Positions 1 through 13,400 of a DNA stretch of 64,000 bases are shown in pieces. Source of the DNA: Eledone cirrhosa (lineage: Eukaryota); NCBI GenBank assembly GCA_964016885.1, contig OZ024745.1, positions 10,664,001 to 10,728,000 of the forward strand. The letters run 5' to 3'. A model generated the notes under the pieces. The model had not been told where the DNA came from and did not search any database. It saw nothing but the letters and a program-made list of their open reading frames with translations. Position 1 is the stretch's first letter. The number at the start of each line of letters is the position of its first letter. Both the position numbers and the translations under genes were made by a program.

Positions 1-3000
1 GTTGTAGAGAGTGATACAGTTTGAAAGGAGGATAATAGTTGAGTATCTGTTGTAGAGAGTGACAGAGTTTGAAAGGAGGATAATTGTTGAGTATCTATTG
101 TAGAGAGTGACACAGATTGAAAGGAAGTTAATAGTTGAGTATCTGTTGTAGAGAGTGATACAGTTTGAAAGGAGGATAATAGTTGAGTATCTATTGTAGA
201 GAGTGACAGAGTTTGAAAGGAGGATAATTGTTGAGTATCTATTGTAGAGAGTGACACAGTTTGAAAGGAAGTTAATAGTTGAGTATCTGTTGTAGAGACT
301 GACACAGTTTGAAAGGAGGATAATAGTTGAGTATCTATTGTAGAGAGTGACAGAGTTTGAAAGGAGGATAATTGTTGAGTATCTATTGTAGAGAGTGACA
401 CAGATTGAAAGGAAGTTAATAGTTGAGTATCTGTTGTAGAGAGTGATACAGTTTGAAAGGAGGATAATAGTTGAGTATCTAGTGTAGAGAGTGATACAAT
501 TTGAAAGGAAGTTAATAGTTGAGTATCTGTTGTAGAGACTGACACAGTTTGAAAGGAAGTTAATAGTTGAGTATCTATCGTAGAGAGTGATACAGTTTGA
601 AAGGAAGTTAATAGTTCAGTATCTATTGTAGAGAGTGATACAGTTTGAAAGGAGGATAATAGTTGAGTATCTGTTGTAGAGACTGACACAGTTTGAAAGG
701 AGGATAATAGTTGAGTATCTATAGTAGAGAGTGACAGAGTTTGAAAGGAGGATAATAGTTGAGTATCTATTGTAGAGAGTGATACAATTTGAAAGGGAGG
801 TAATAGTTGAGTATCTGTTGTAGAGAGTGATACAGTTTGAAAGGAGGATAATAGTTGAGTATCTATTGTAGAGAGTGACAGAGTTTGAAAGGAGGATAAT
901 AGTTGAGTATCTATTGTAGAGAGTGATACAATTTGAAAGGAAGTTAATAGTTGAGTATCTATTGTAGAGAGTGACACAGATTGAAAGGAAGTTAATAGTT
1001 GAGTATCTATTGTAGAGAGTGACACAGTTTGAAAGGAAGTTAATAGTTGAGTATCTGTTGTAGAGACTGACACAGTTTGAAAGGAGGATAATAGTTGAGT
1101 ATCTATTGTAGAGAGTGACAGAGTTTGAAAGGAGGATAATAGTTGAGTATCTACAGTAGAGAGTGACACAGTTTGAAAGGAGGATAATAGTTGAGTATCT
1201 ATTGTAGAGAGTGATACAATTTGAAAGGAAGTTAATAGTTGAGTATCTATTGTAGAGAGTGACACAGATTGAAAGGAAGTTAATAGTTGAGTATCTGTTG
1301 TAGAGAGTGACACAGTTGGAAAGGAAGGTAATAGTTGAGTATCTATTGTAGAGAGTGACACAGTTTGAAAGGGAGGTAATAGTTGAGTATCTGTTGTAGA
1401 GAGTGATACAGTTTGAAACGAAGGTAATAGTTGAGTATTTGTTGTAGAGAGTGATACAGTTTGAAAGGAAGTTAATTGTTGAGTATCTATTGTAGAGAGT
1501 GACACAGTTTGAAAGAAGGGTAATAGTTGAGTATCTGTTGTAGAGAGTGACACAGTTTGAAAGGAGGATAATAGTTGAGTATCTATTGTAGAGAGTGACA
1601 CAGATTGAAAGGAAGTTAATAGTTGAGTATCTGTTGTAGAGAGTGACACAATTTGCAAGGAAGTTAATAGTTGAGTATCTGTTGTAGAGAGTGACACAGT
1701 TTGAAAGGAAGTTAATAGTTGAGTATCTATTGTAGAGAGTGATACAGTTTGAAAGGAGGATAATAGTTGAGTATCTATTGTAGAGAGTGACAGAGTTTGA
1801 AAGGAGGATAATTGTTGAGTATCTATTGTAGAGAGTGACACAGTTTGAAAGGAAGTTAATAGTTGAGTATCTGTTGTAGAGACTGACACAGTTTGAAAGG
1901 AGGATAATAGTTGAGTATCTATTGTAGAGAGTGACAGAGTTTGAAAGGAGGATAATTGTTGAGTATCTATTGTAGAGAGTGACACAGTTTGAAAGGAAGT
2001 TAATAGTTGAGTATCTGTTGTAGAGACTGACACAGTTTGAAAGGAAGTTAATAGTTCAGTATCTATTGTAGAGAGTGATACAGTTTGAAAGGAGGATAAT
2101 AGTTGAGTATCTATTGTAGAGAGTGACAGAGTTTGAAAGGAGGATAATAGTTGAGTATCTACAGTAGAGAGTGACACAGTTTGAAAGGAGGATAATAGTT
2201 GAGTATCTATTGTAGAGAGTGATACAATTTGAAAGGAAGTTAATAGTTGAGTATCTGTTGTAGAGAGTGACACAGTTTTAAAGGAAGTTAATAGTTGAGT
2301 ATCTGTTGTAGAGAGTGACACAGTTTGAAAGGAAGTTAATAGTTGAGTATCTGTTGTAGAGACTGACACAGTTTGAAAGGAAGTTAATAGTTGAGTATCT
2401 GTTGTAGAGACTGACACAGTTTGAAAGGAGGATAATAGTTGAGTATCTATTGTAGAGAGTGACAGAGTTTGAAAGGAGGATAATAGTTGAGTATCTATTG
2501 TAGAGAGTGACACAGATTGAAAGGAAGTTAAGAGTTGAGTATCTGTTGTAGAGAGTGACACAATTTGAAATGAAGTTAATAGTTGAGTATCTATCGTAGA
2601 GAGTGATACAGTTTGAAAGGAAGTTAATAGTTGAGTATCTATCGTAGAGAGTGATACAGTTTGAAAGGAAGTTAATAGTTGAGTATCTATTGTAGAGAGT
2701 GATACATTTTGAAAGTAGGATAATAGTTGAGTATCTATTGTAGAGAGTGACACAGTTTGAAAGGAAGTTAATAGTTGAGTATCTGTTGTAGAGAGTGACA
2801 CAGTTTTAAAGGAAGTTAATAGTTGAGTATCTGTTGTAGAGAGTGATACAGTTTGAAAGGAAGGTAATAGTTGAGTATATGTTGTAGAGAGTGATACAGT
2901 TTGAAAGGAAGGTAATAGTTGAGTATCTATTGTAGAGAGTGACACAGTTTGAAAGGAAGGTAATAGTTGAGTATCTATTGTAGAGAGTGACACAGTTTGA

Positions 3001-3029
3001 AAGGAAGTTAATAGTTGAGTATCTGTTGT

Positions 3030-3700
3030 AGAGAGTGACACAGTTTGAAAGGAAGGTAATAGTTGAGTATCTATTGTAGAGAGTGACACAGTTTGAAAGG
3101 GAGGTAATAGTTGAGTATCTGTTGTAGAGAGTGATACAGTTTGAAAGGAAGGTAATAGTTGAGTATTTGTTGTAGAGAGTGACACAGTTTGAAAGGAAGT
3201 TAATTGTTGAGTATCTATTGTAGAGAGTGACACAGTTTGAAAGAAGGGTAATAGTTGAGTATCTGTTGTAGAGAGTGACACAGTTTGAAAGGAAGGTAAT
3301 AGTTGAGTATCTATTGTAGAGAGTGACACAGATTGAAAGGAAGTTAATAGTTGAGTATCTGTTGTAGAGAGTGACACAGTTGGAAAGGAAGGTAATAGTT
3401 GAGTATCTATTGTAGAGAGTGACACAGTTTGAAAGGGAGGTAATAGTTGAGTATCTGTTGTAGAGAGTGATACAGTTTGAAACGAAGGTAATAGTTGAGT
3501 ATTTGTTGTAGAGAGTGATACAGTTTGAAAGGAAGTTAATTGTTGAGTATCTATTGTAGAGAGTGACACAGTTTGAAAGAAGGGTAATAGTTGAGTATCT
3601 GTTGTAGAGAGTGACACAGTTTGAAAGGAAGGTAATAGTTGAGTATCTATTGTAGAGAGTGACACAGATTGAAAGGAAGTTAATAGTTGAGTATCTGTTG
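3030..3700 (+). repeat. 336-bp (7-monomer) local tandem duplication, inherited by all 5233-bp HOR copies
   Basis: GGGAGG at 3099/3435 and AAGAAGGG at 3241/3577; CAGATTG recurs at the same 336-bp spacing. Confidence 0.8.
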
Positions 3701-3809
3701 TAGAGAGTGACACAATTTGCAAGGAAGTTAATAGTTGAGTATCTGTTGTAGAGAGTGACACAGTTTGAAAGGAAGTTAATAGTTGAGTATCTATTGTAGA
3801 GAGTGATAC

Positions 3810-4070
3810 AGTTTGAAAGGAGGATAATAGTTGAGTATCTATAGTAGAGAGTGACAGAGTTTGAAAGGAGGATAATAGTTGAGTATCTATTGTAGAGAGT
3901 GATACAATTTGAAAGGAGGATAATAGTTGAGTATCTGTTGTAGAGACTGACACAGTTTGAAAGGAGGATAATAGTTGAGTATCTATAGTAGAGAGTGACA
4001 GAGTTTGAAAGGAGGATAATAGTTGAGTATCTATTGTAGAGAGTGATACAATTTGAAAGGAAGTTAATAG
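3810..4070 (+). repeat. 144-bp (3-monomer) local tandem duplication
   Basis: ATAGTAGAGAGTGACAGAG at 3841 and 3985, each followed by a GATACAATTT monomer. Confidence 0.75.
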
Positions 4071-7000
4071 TTGAGTATCTGTTGTAGAGAGTGACACAGT
4101 TTTAAAGGAAGTTAATAGTTGAGTATCTGTTGTAGAGAGTGACACAGTTTGAAAGGAAGTTAATAGTTGAGTATCTGTTGTAGAGACTGACACAGTTTGA
4201 AAGGAAGTTAATAGTTGAGTATCTGTTGTAGAGACTGACACAGTTTGAAAGGAGGATAATAGTTGAGTATCTATTGTAGAGAGTGACACAGATTGAAAGG
4301 AATTTAATAGTTGAGTATCTGTTGTAGAGAGTGACACAATTTGAAAGGAAGTTAATAGTTGAGTATCTGTTGTAGAGAGTGACACAGTTTGAAAGGAAGT
4401 TAATAGTTGATTATCTATCGTAGAGAGTGATACAGTTTGAAAGGAAGTTAATAGTTGAGTATCTATTGTAGAGAGTGATACATTTTGAAAGTAGGATAAA
4501 AGGTTGAGTATCTATTGTAGAGAGTGACACAGTTTGAAAGGAAGTTAATAGTTGAGTATCTGTTGTAGAGAGTGACACAGTTTTAAAGGAAGTTAATAGT
4601 TGAGTATCTGTTGTAGAGAGTGATACAGTTTGAAAGGAAGGTAATAGTTGAGTATCTGTTGTAGAGAGTGATACAGTTTGAAACGAAGGTAATAGTTGAG
4701 TATCTGTTGTAGAGAGTGACACAGTTTGAAAGGAAGGTAATAGTTGAGTATCTATTGTAGAGAGTGACACAGTTTGAAAGGAAGGTATTAGTTGAGTATC
4801 TATTGTAGAGAGTGACACAGTTTGAAAGGAAGTTAATAGTTGAGTATCTGTTGTAGAGAGTGACACAGTTTGAAAGGAAGGTAATAGTTGAGTATCTATT
4901 GTAGAGAGTGACACAGTTTGAAAGGGAGGTAATAGTTGAGTATCTGTTGTAGAGAGTGATACAGTTTGAAAGGAAGGTAATAGTTGAGTATTTGTTGTAG
5001 AGATTGATACAGTTTGAAAGGAAGTTAATTGTTGAGTATCTATTGTAGAGAGTGACACAGTTTGAAAGAAGGGTAATAGTTGAGTATCTGTTGTAGAGAG
5101 TGACACAGTTTGAAAGGAGGGTAATTGTTGAGTAGTTATTGTAGAGAGTGACACAGTTTGAAAGAAAGGTAATATTTGAGTATCTATTGTAGAGAGTGAC
5201 ACAGTTGTAAAGGAAGGTAATAGTTGAGTATCTATTGTAGAGAGTGATACAGTTTGAAAGGATGTTAATAGTTTAGTATCTGTTGTAGAGAGTGACACAG
5301 TCTGAAAGGAAGTTAATAGTTGAGTATCTGTTGTAGAGAGTGACACAGTTTGAAAGGAAGTTAATAGTTGAGTATCTATTGTAGAGAGTGACACAGTTTG
5401 AAAGAAAGGTAATATTTGAGTATCTATTGTAGAGAGTGATACTGATTGAAAGGTGGTTAATAGTTGAGTATCTGTTGTAGAGAGTGACACAGTTTGAAAG
5501 GAAGGTATTAGTTGAGTATCTGTTGTAGAGAGTGATACAGTTTGAAAGAAAGGTAATATTTGAGTATCTATTGTACAGAGTGATACAGTTTGAAAGGAGT
5601 TTAATAGTTGAGTATCTGTTGTAGAGAGTGACACAGTTTGAAAGGAAGTTAATTGTTGAGTATCTATTGTAGAGAGTGACACAGTTTGAAAGAAGGGTAA
5701 TATTTGAGTATCTGTTGTAGAGAGTGACACAGTTTGAAAGGAGGGTAATTGTTGAGTAGCTATTGTAGAGAGTGACACAGTTTGAAAGGAAGTTAGTAGT
5801 TGAGTATCTGTTGTAGAGAGTGATACAGTTTGAAAGGAAGGTAATAGTTGAGTATCTATTGTAGAGAGTTACACAGTTTGAAAGGAGGTTAATAGTTGAG
5901 TATCTGTTGTAGAGAGTGATACAGTTTGAAAGGAATGTAATAGTTGAGTATCTGTTGTAAAGAGTGATACAGTTTGAAAGGAAGGTAATAGTTGAGTATC
6001 TGTTGTAGAGAGTGACACAGTTTGAAAGGAAGGTAATAGTTGAGTATCTATTGTAGAGAGTGACACAGTTTGAAAGGAAGGTATTAGTTGAGTATCTATT
6101 GTAGAGAGTGACACAGTTTGAAAGGAAGTTAATAGTTGAGTATCTGTTGTAGAGAGTGACACTGTTTGAAAGGAAGGTAATAGTTGAGTATCTATTGTAG
6201 AGAGTGACACAGTTTGAAAGGAAGTTAATAGTTGAGTATCTGTTGTAGAGACTGACACAGTTTGAAAGGAAGTTAATAGTTGAGTATCTGTTGTAGAGAC
6301 TGACACAGTTTGAAAGGAGGATAATAGTTGAGTATCTATTGTAGAGAGTGACAGAGTTTGAAAGGAGGATAATAGTTGAGTATCTGTTGTAGAGAGTGAC
6401 ACAGATTGAAAGGAAGTTAATAGTTGAGTATCTGTTGTAGAGAGTGACACAATTTGAAAGGAAGTTAATAGTTGAGTATCTGTTGTAGAGAGTGACACAG
6501 TTTGAAAGGAAGTTAATAGTTGAGTATCTATCGTAGAGAGTGATACAGTTTGAAAGGAAGTTAATAGTTGAGTATCTATTGTAGAGAGTGATACATTTTG
6601 AAAGTAGGATAATAGTTGAGTATCTATTGTAGAGAGTGACACAGTTTGAAAGGAAGGTATTAGTTGAGTATCTATTGTAGAGAGTGACACAGTTTTAAAG
6701 GAAGTTAATAGTTGAGTATCTGTTGTAGAGAGTGATACAGTTTGAAAGGAAGGTAATAGTTGAGTATCTGTTGTAGAGAGTGATACAGTTTGAAAGGAAG
6801 GTAATAGTTGAGTATCTGTTGTAGAGAGTGACACAGTTTGAAAGGAAGGTAATAATTGAGTATCTATTGTAGAGAGTGACACAGTTTGAAAGGAAGGTAT
6901 TAGTTGAGTATCTATTGTAGAGAGTGACACAGTTTGAAAGGAATTTAATAGTTGAGTATCTGTTGTAGAGACTGACACAGTTTGAAAGGAGGATAATAGT

Positions 7001-10000
7001 TGAGTATCTATTGTAGAGAGTGACAGAGTTTGAAAGGAGGATAATTGTTGAGTATCTATTGTAGAGAGTGACACAGATTGAAAGGAAGTTAATAGTTGAG
7101 TATCTGTTGTAGAGAGTGATACAGTTTGAAAGGAGGATAATAGTTGAGTATCTAGTGTAGAGAGTGATACAATTTGAAAGGAAGTTAATAGTTGAGTATC
7201 TGTTGTAGAGACTGACACAGTTTGAAAGGAAGTTAATAGTTGAGTATCTATCGTAGAGAGTGATACAGTTTGAAAGGAAGTTAATAGTTCAGTATCTATT
7301 GTAGAGAGTGATACAGTTTGAAAGGAGGATAATAGTTGAGTATCTGTTGTAGAGACTGACACAGTTTGAAAGGAGGATAATAGTTGAGTATCTACAGTAG
7401 AGAGTGACACAGTTTGAAAGGAGGATAATAGTTGAGTATCTATTGTAGAGAGTGATACAATTTGAAAGGAAGTTAATAGTTGAGTATCTGTTGTAGAGAG
7501 TGACACAGTTTTAAAGGAAGTTAATAGTTGAGTATCTGTTGTAGAGAGTGACACAGTTTGAAAGGAAGTTAATAGTTGAGTATCTGTTGTAGAGACTGAC
7601 ACAGTTTGAAAGGAAGTTAATAGTTGAGTATCTGTTGTAGAGACTGACACAGTTTGAAAGGAGGATAATAGTTGAGTATCTATTGTAGAGAGTGACAGAG
7701 TTTGAAAGGAGGATAATAGTTGAGTATCTATTGTAGAGAGTGACACAGATTGAAAGGAAGTTAAGAGTTGAGTATCTGTTGTAGAGAGTGACACAATTTG
7801 AAATGAAGTTAATAGTTGAGTATCTGCTGTAGAGAGTGACACAGTTTGAAAGGAAGTTAATAGTTGAGTATCTATCGTAGAGAGTGATACAGTTTGAAAG
7901 GAAGTTAATAGTTGAGTATCTATTGTAGAGAGTGATACATTTTGAAAGTAGGATAATAGTTGAGTATCTATTGTAGAGAGTGACACAGTTTGAAAGGAAG
8001 TTAATAGTTGAGTATCTGTTGTAGAGAGTGACACAGTTTTAAAGGAAGTTAATAGTTGAGTATCTGTTGTAGAGAGTGATACAGTTTGAAAGGAAGGTAA
8101 TAGTTGAGTATATGTTGTAGAGAGTGATACAGTTTGAAAGGAAGGTAATAGTTGAGTATCTGTTGTAGAGAGTGACACAGTTTGAAAGGAAGGTAATAGT
8201 TGAGTATCTATTGTAGAGAGTGACACAGTTTGAAAGGAAGTTAATAGTTGAGTATCTGTTGTAGAGAGTGACACAGTTTGAAAGGAAGGTAATAGTTGAG
8301 TATCTATTGTAGAGAGTGACACAGTTTGAAAGGGAGGTAATAGTTGAGTATCTGTTGTAGAGAGTGATACAGTTTGAAAGGAAGGTAATAGTTGAGTATT
8401 TGTTGTAGAGAGTGACACAGTTTGAAAGGAAGTTAATTGTTGAGTATCTATTGTAGAGAGTGACACAGTTTGAAAGAAGGGTAATAGTTGAGTATCTGTT
8501 GTAGAGAGTGACACAGTTTGAAAGGAAGGTAATAGTTGAGTATCTATTGTAGAGAGTGACACAGATTGAAAGGAAGTTAATAGTTGAGTATCTGTTGTAG
8601 AGAGTGACACAGTTGGAAAGGAAGGTAATAGTTGAGTATCTATTGTAGAGAGTGACACAGTTTGAAAGGGAGGTAATAGTTGAGTATCTGTTGTAGAGAG
8701 TGATACAGTTTGAAACGAAGGTAATAGTTGAGTATTTGTTGTAGAGAGTGATACAGTTTGAAAGGAAGTTAATTGTTGAGTATCTATTGTAGAGAGTGAC
8801 ACAGTTTGAAAGAAGGGTAATAGTTGAGTATCTGTTGTAGAGAGTGACACAGTTTGAAAGGAAGGTAATAGTTGAGTATCTATTGTAGAGAGTGACACAG
8901 ATTGAAAGGAAGTTAATAGTTGAGTATCTGTTGTAGAGAGTGACACAATTTGCAAGGAAGTTAATAGTTGAGTATCTGTTGTAGAGAGTGACACAGTTTG
9001 AAAGGAAGTTAATAGTTGAGTATCTATTGTAGAGAGTGATACAGTTTGAAAGGAGGATAATAGTTGAGTATCTATAGTAGAGAGTGACAGAGTTTGAAAG
9101 GAGGATAATAGTTGAGTATCTATTGTAGAGAGTGATACAATTTGAAAGGAGGATAATAGTTGAGTATCTGTTGTAGAGACTGACACAGTTTGAAAGGAGG
9201 ATAATAGTTGAGTATCTATAGTAGAGAGTGACAGAGTTTGAAAGGAGGATAATAGTTGAGTATCTATTGTAGAGAGTGATACAATTTGAAAGGAAGTTAA
9301 TAGTTGAGTATCTGTTGTAGAGAGTGACACAGTTTTAAAGGAAGTTAATAGTTGAGTATCTGTTGTAGAGAGTGACACAGTTTGAAAGGAAGTTAATAGT
9401 TGAGTATCTGTTGTAGAGACTGACACAGTTTGAAAGGAAGTTAATAGTTGAGTATCTGTTGTAGAGACTGACACAGTTTGAAAGGAGGATAATGGTTGAG
9501 TATCTATTGTAGAGAGTGACACAGATTGAAAGGAATTTAATAGTTGAGTATCTGTTGTAGAGAGTGACACAATTTGAAAGGAAGTTAATAGTTGAGTATC
9601 TGTTGTAGAGAGTGACACAGTTTGAAAGGAAGTTAATAGTTGATTATCTATCGTAGAGAGTGATACAGTTTGAAAGGAAGTTAATAGTTGAGTATCTATT
9701 GTAGAGAGTGATACATTTTGAAAGTAGGATAAAAGGTTGAGTATCTATTGTAGAGAGTGACACAGTTTGAAAGGAAGTTAATAGTTGAGTATCTGTTGTA
9801 GAGAGTGACACAGTTTTAAAGGAAGTTAATAGTTGAGTATCTGTTGTAGAGAGTGATACAGTTTGAAAGGAAGTTAATAGTTGAGTATCTGTTGTAGAGA
9901 GTGATACAGTTTGAAACGAAGGTAATAGTTGAGTATCTGTTGTAGAGAGTGACACAGTTTGAAAGGAAGGTAATAGTTGAGTATCTATTGTAGAGAGTGA

Positions 10001-10090
10001 CACAGTTTGAAAGGAAGGTATTAGTTGAGTATCTATTGTAGAGAGTGACACAGTTTGAAAGGAAGTTAATAGTTGAGTATCTGTTGTAGA

Positions 10091-13000
10091 GAGTGACACA
10101 GTTTGAAAGGAAGGTAATAGTTGAGTATCTATTGTAGAGAGTGACACAGTTTGAAAGGGAGGTAATAGTTGAGTATCTGTTGTAGAGAGTGATACAGTTT
10201 GAAAGGAAGGTAATAGTTGAGTATTTGTTGTAGAGATTGATACAGTTTGAAAGGAAGTTAATTGTAGAGTATCTATTGTAGAGAGTGACACAGTTTGAAA
10301 TAAGGGTAATAGTTGAGTATCTGTTGTAGAGAGTGACACAGTTTGAAAGGAGGGTAATTGTTGAGTAGTTATTGTAGAGAGTGACACAGTTTGAAAGAAA
10401 GGTAATATTTGAGTATCTATTGTAGAGAGTGACACAGTTGTAAAGGAAGGTAATAGTTGAGTATCTATTGTAGAGAGTGATACAGTTTGAAAGGATGTTA
10501 ATAGTTTAGTATCTGTTGTAGAGAGTGACACAGTCTGAAAGGAAGTTAATAGTTGAGTATCTGTTGTAGAGAGTGACACAGTTTGAAAGGAAGTTAATAG
10601 TTGAGTATCTATTGTAGAGAGTGACACAGTTTGAAAGAAAGGTAATATTTGAGTATCTATTGTAGAGAGTGATACTGATTGAAAGGTGGTTAATAGTTGA
10701 GTATCTGTTGTAGAGAGTGACACAGTTTGAAAGGAAGGTATTAGTTGAGTATCTGTTGTAGAGAGTGATACAGTTTGAAAGAAAGGTAATATTTGAGTAT
10801 CTATTGTACAGAGTGATACAGTTTGAAAGGAGTTTAATAGTTGAGTATCTGTTGTAGAGAGTGACACAGTTTGAAAGGAAGTTAATTGTTGAGTATCTAT
10901 TGTAGAGAGTGACACAGTTTGAAAGAAGGGTAATATTTGAGTATCTGTTGTAGAGAGTGACACAGTTTGAAAGGAGGGTAATTGTTGAGTAGCTATTGTA
11001 GAGAGTGACACAGTTTGAAAGGAAGTTAGTAGTTGAGTATCTGTTGTAGAGAGTGATACAGTTTGAAAGGAAGGTAATAGTTGAGTATCTATTGTAGAGA
11101 GTTACACAGTTTGAAAGGAGGTTAATAGTTGAGTATCTGTTGTAGAGAGTGATACAGTTTGAAAGGAATGTAATAGTTGAGTATCTGTTGTAAAGAGTGA
11201 TACAGTTTGAAAGGAAGGTAATAGTTGAGTATCTGTTGTAGAGAGTGACACAGTTTGAAAGGAAGGTAATAGTTGAGTATCTATTGTAGAGAGTGACACA
11301 GTTTGAAAGGAAGGTATTAGTTGAGTATCTATTGTAGAGAGTGACACAGTTTGAAAGGAAGTTAATAGTTGAGTATCTGTTGTAGAGAGTGACACTGTTT
11401 GAAAGGAAGGTAATAGTTGAGTATCTATTGTAGAGAGTGACACAGTTTGAAAGGAAGTTAATAGTTGAGTATCTGTTGTAGAGACTGACACAGTTTGAAA
11501 GGAAGTTAATAGTTGAGTATCTGTTGTAGAGACTGACACAGTTTGAAAGGAGGATAATAGTTGAGTATCTATTGTAGAGAGTGACAGAGTTTGAAAGGAG
11601 GATAATAGTTGAGTATCTGTTGTAGAGAGTGACACAGATTGAAAGGAAGTTAATAGTTGAGTATCTGTTGTAGAGAGTGACACAATTTGAAAGGAAGTTA
11701 ATAGTTGAGTATCTGTTGTAGAGAGTGACACAGTTTGAAAGGAAGTTAATAGTTGAGTATCTATCGTAGAGAGTGATACAGTTTGAAAGGAAGTTAATAG
11801 TTGAGTATCTATTGTAGAGAGTGATACATTTTGAAAGTAGGATAATAGTTGAGTATCTATTGTAGAGAGTGACACAGTTTGAAAGGAAGGTATTAGTTGA
11901 GTATCTATTGTAGAGAGTGACACAGTTTTAAAGGAAGTTAATAGTTGAGTATCTGTTGTAGAGAGTGATACAGTTTGAAAGGAAGGTAATAGTTGAGTAT
12001 CTGTTGTAGAGAGTGATACAGTTTGAAAGGAAGGTAATAGTTGAGTATCTGTTGTAGAGAGTGACACAGTTTGAAAGGAAGGTAATAATTGAGTATCTAT
12101 TGTAGAGAGTGACACAGTTTGAAAGGAAGGTATTAGTTGAGTATCTATTGTAGAGAGTGACACAGTTTGAAAGGAATTTAATAGTTGAGTATCTGTTGTA
12201 GAGAGTGACACAGTTTGAAAGGAAGGTAATAGTTGAGTATCTATTGTAGAGAGTGACACAGTTTGAAAGGGAGGTAATAGTTGAGTATCTGTTGTAGAGA
12301 GTGATACAGTTTGAAAGGAAGGTAATAGTTGAGTATTTGTTGTAGAGATTGATACAGTTTGAAAGGAAGTTAATTGTTGAGTATCTATTGTAGAGAGTGA
12401 CACAGTTTGAAAGAAGGGTAATAGTTGAGTATCTGTTGTAGAGAGTGACACAGTTTGAAAGGAGGGTAATTGTTGAGTAGTTATTGTAGAGAATGACACA
12501 GTTTGAAAGAAAGGTAATATTTGAGTATCTATTGTAGAGAGTGACACAGTTGTAAAGGAAGGTAATAGTTGAGTATCTATTGTAGAGAGTGATACAGTTT
12601 GAAAGGATGTTAATAGTTTAGTATCTGTTGTAGAGAGTGACACAGTCTGAAAGGAAGTTAATAGTTGAGTATCTGTTGTAGAGAGTGACACAGTTTGAAA
12701 GGAAGTTAATAGTTGAGTATCTATTGTAGAGAGTGACACAGTTTGAAAGAAAGGTAATATTTGAGTATCTATTGTAGAGAGTGATACTGATTGAAAGGTG
12801 GTTAATAGTTGAGTATCTGTTGTAGAGAGTGACACAGTTTGAAAGGAAGGTATTAGTTGAGTATCTGTTGTAGAGAGTGATACAGTTTGAAAGAAAGGTA
12901 ATATTTGAGTATCTATTGTACAGAGTGATACAGTTTGAAAGGAGTTTAATAGTTGAGTATCTGTTGTAGAGAGTGACACAGTTTGAAAGGAAGTTAATTG

Positions 13001-13400
13001 TTGAGTATCTATTGTAGAGAGTGACACAGTTTGAAAGAAGGGTAATATTTGAGTATCTGTTGTAGAGAGTGACACAGTTTGAAAGGAGGGTAATTGTTGA
13101 GTAGCTATTGTAGAGAGTGACACAGTTTGAAAGGAAGTTAGTAGTTGAGTATCTGTTGTAGAGAGTGATACAGTTTGAAAGGAAGGTAATAGTTGAGTAT
13201 CTATTGTAGAGAGTTACACAGTTTGAAAGGAGGTTAATAGTTGAGTATCTGTTGTAGAGAGTGATACAGTTTGAAAGGAATGTAATAGTTGAGTATCTGT
13301 TGTAAAGAGTGATACAGTTTGAAAGGAAGGTAATAGTTGTGTATCTGTTGTAGAGAGTGACACAGTTTGAAAGGAAGGTAATAGTTGAGTATCTGTTGTA
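10091..13400 (+). repeat. 2112-bp HOR (44 monomers), one full and one partial copy
   Basis: ORF starts at 11011/13123 and ends at 11102/13214 (offset 2112 = 44x48); rare marker AGTTAGTAG recurs at the same spacing. Confidence 0.88.

Larger units (their letters stand above)
2140..12202 (+). repeat. 5233-bp HOR (109 monomers + 1 bp), two tandem copies, the first with a rearranged left end
   Basis: Marker TCTACAGTAGA recurs at 2161/7394, GGATAAAAGGTTG at ~4494/~9727, ORF ends at 4411/9644. 5233 = 109x48+1, and the +1 is the single 49-bp monomer. Confidence 0.9.

Noticed and set aside
4490-4506. GGATAAAAGG +1 insertion as a homopolymer sequencing error
   Set aside because: It is present identically at four paralogous sites (~4494, ~9727, ~27618, ~32851), so it is more likely an inherited real variant.
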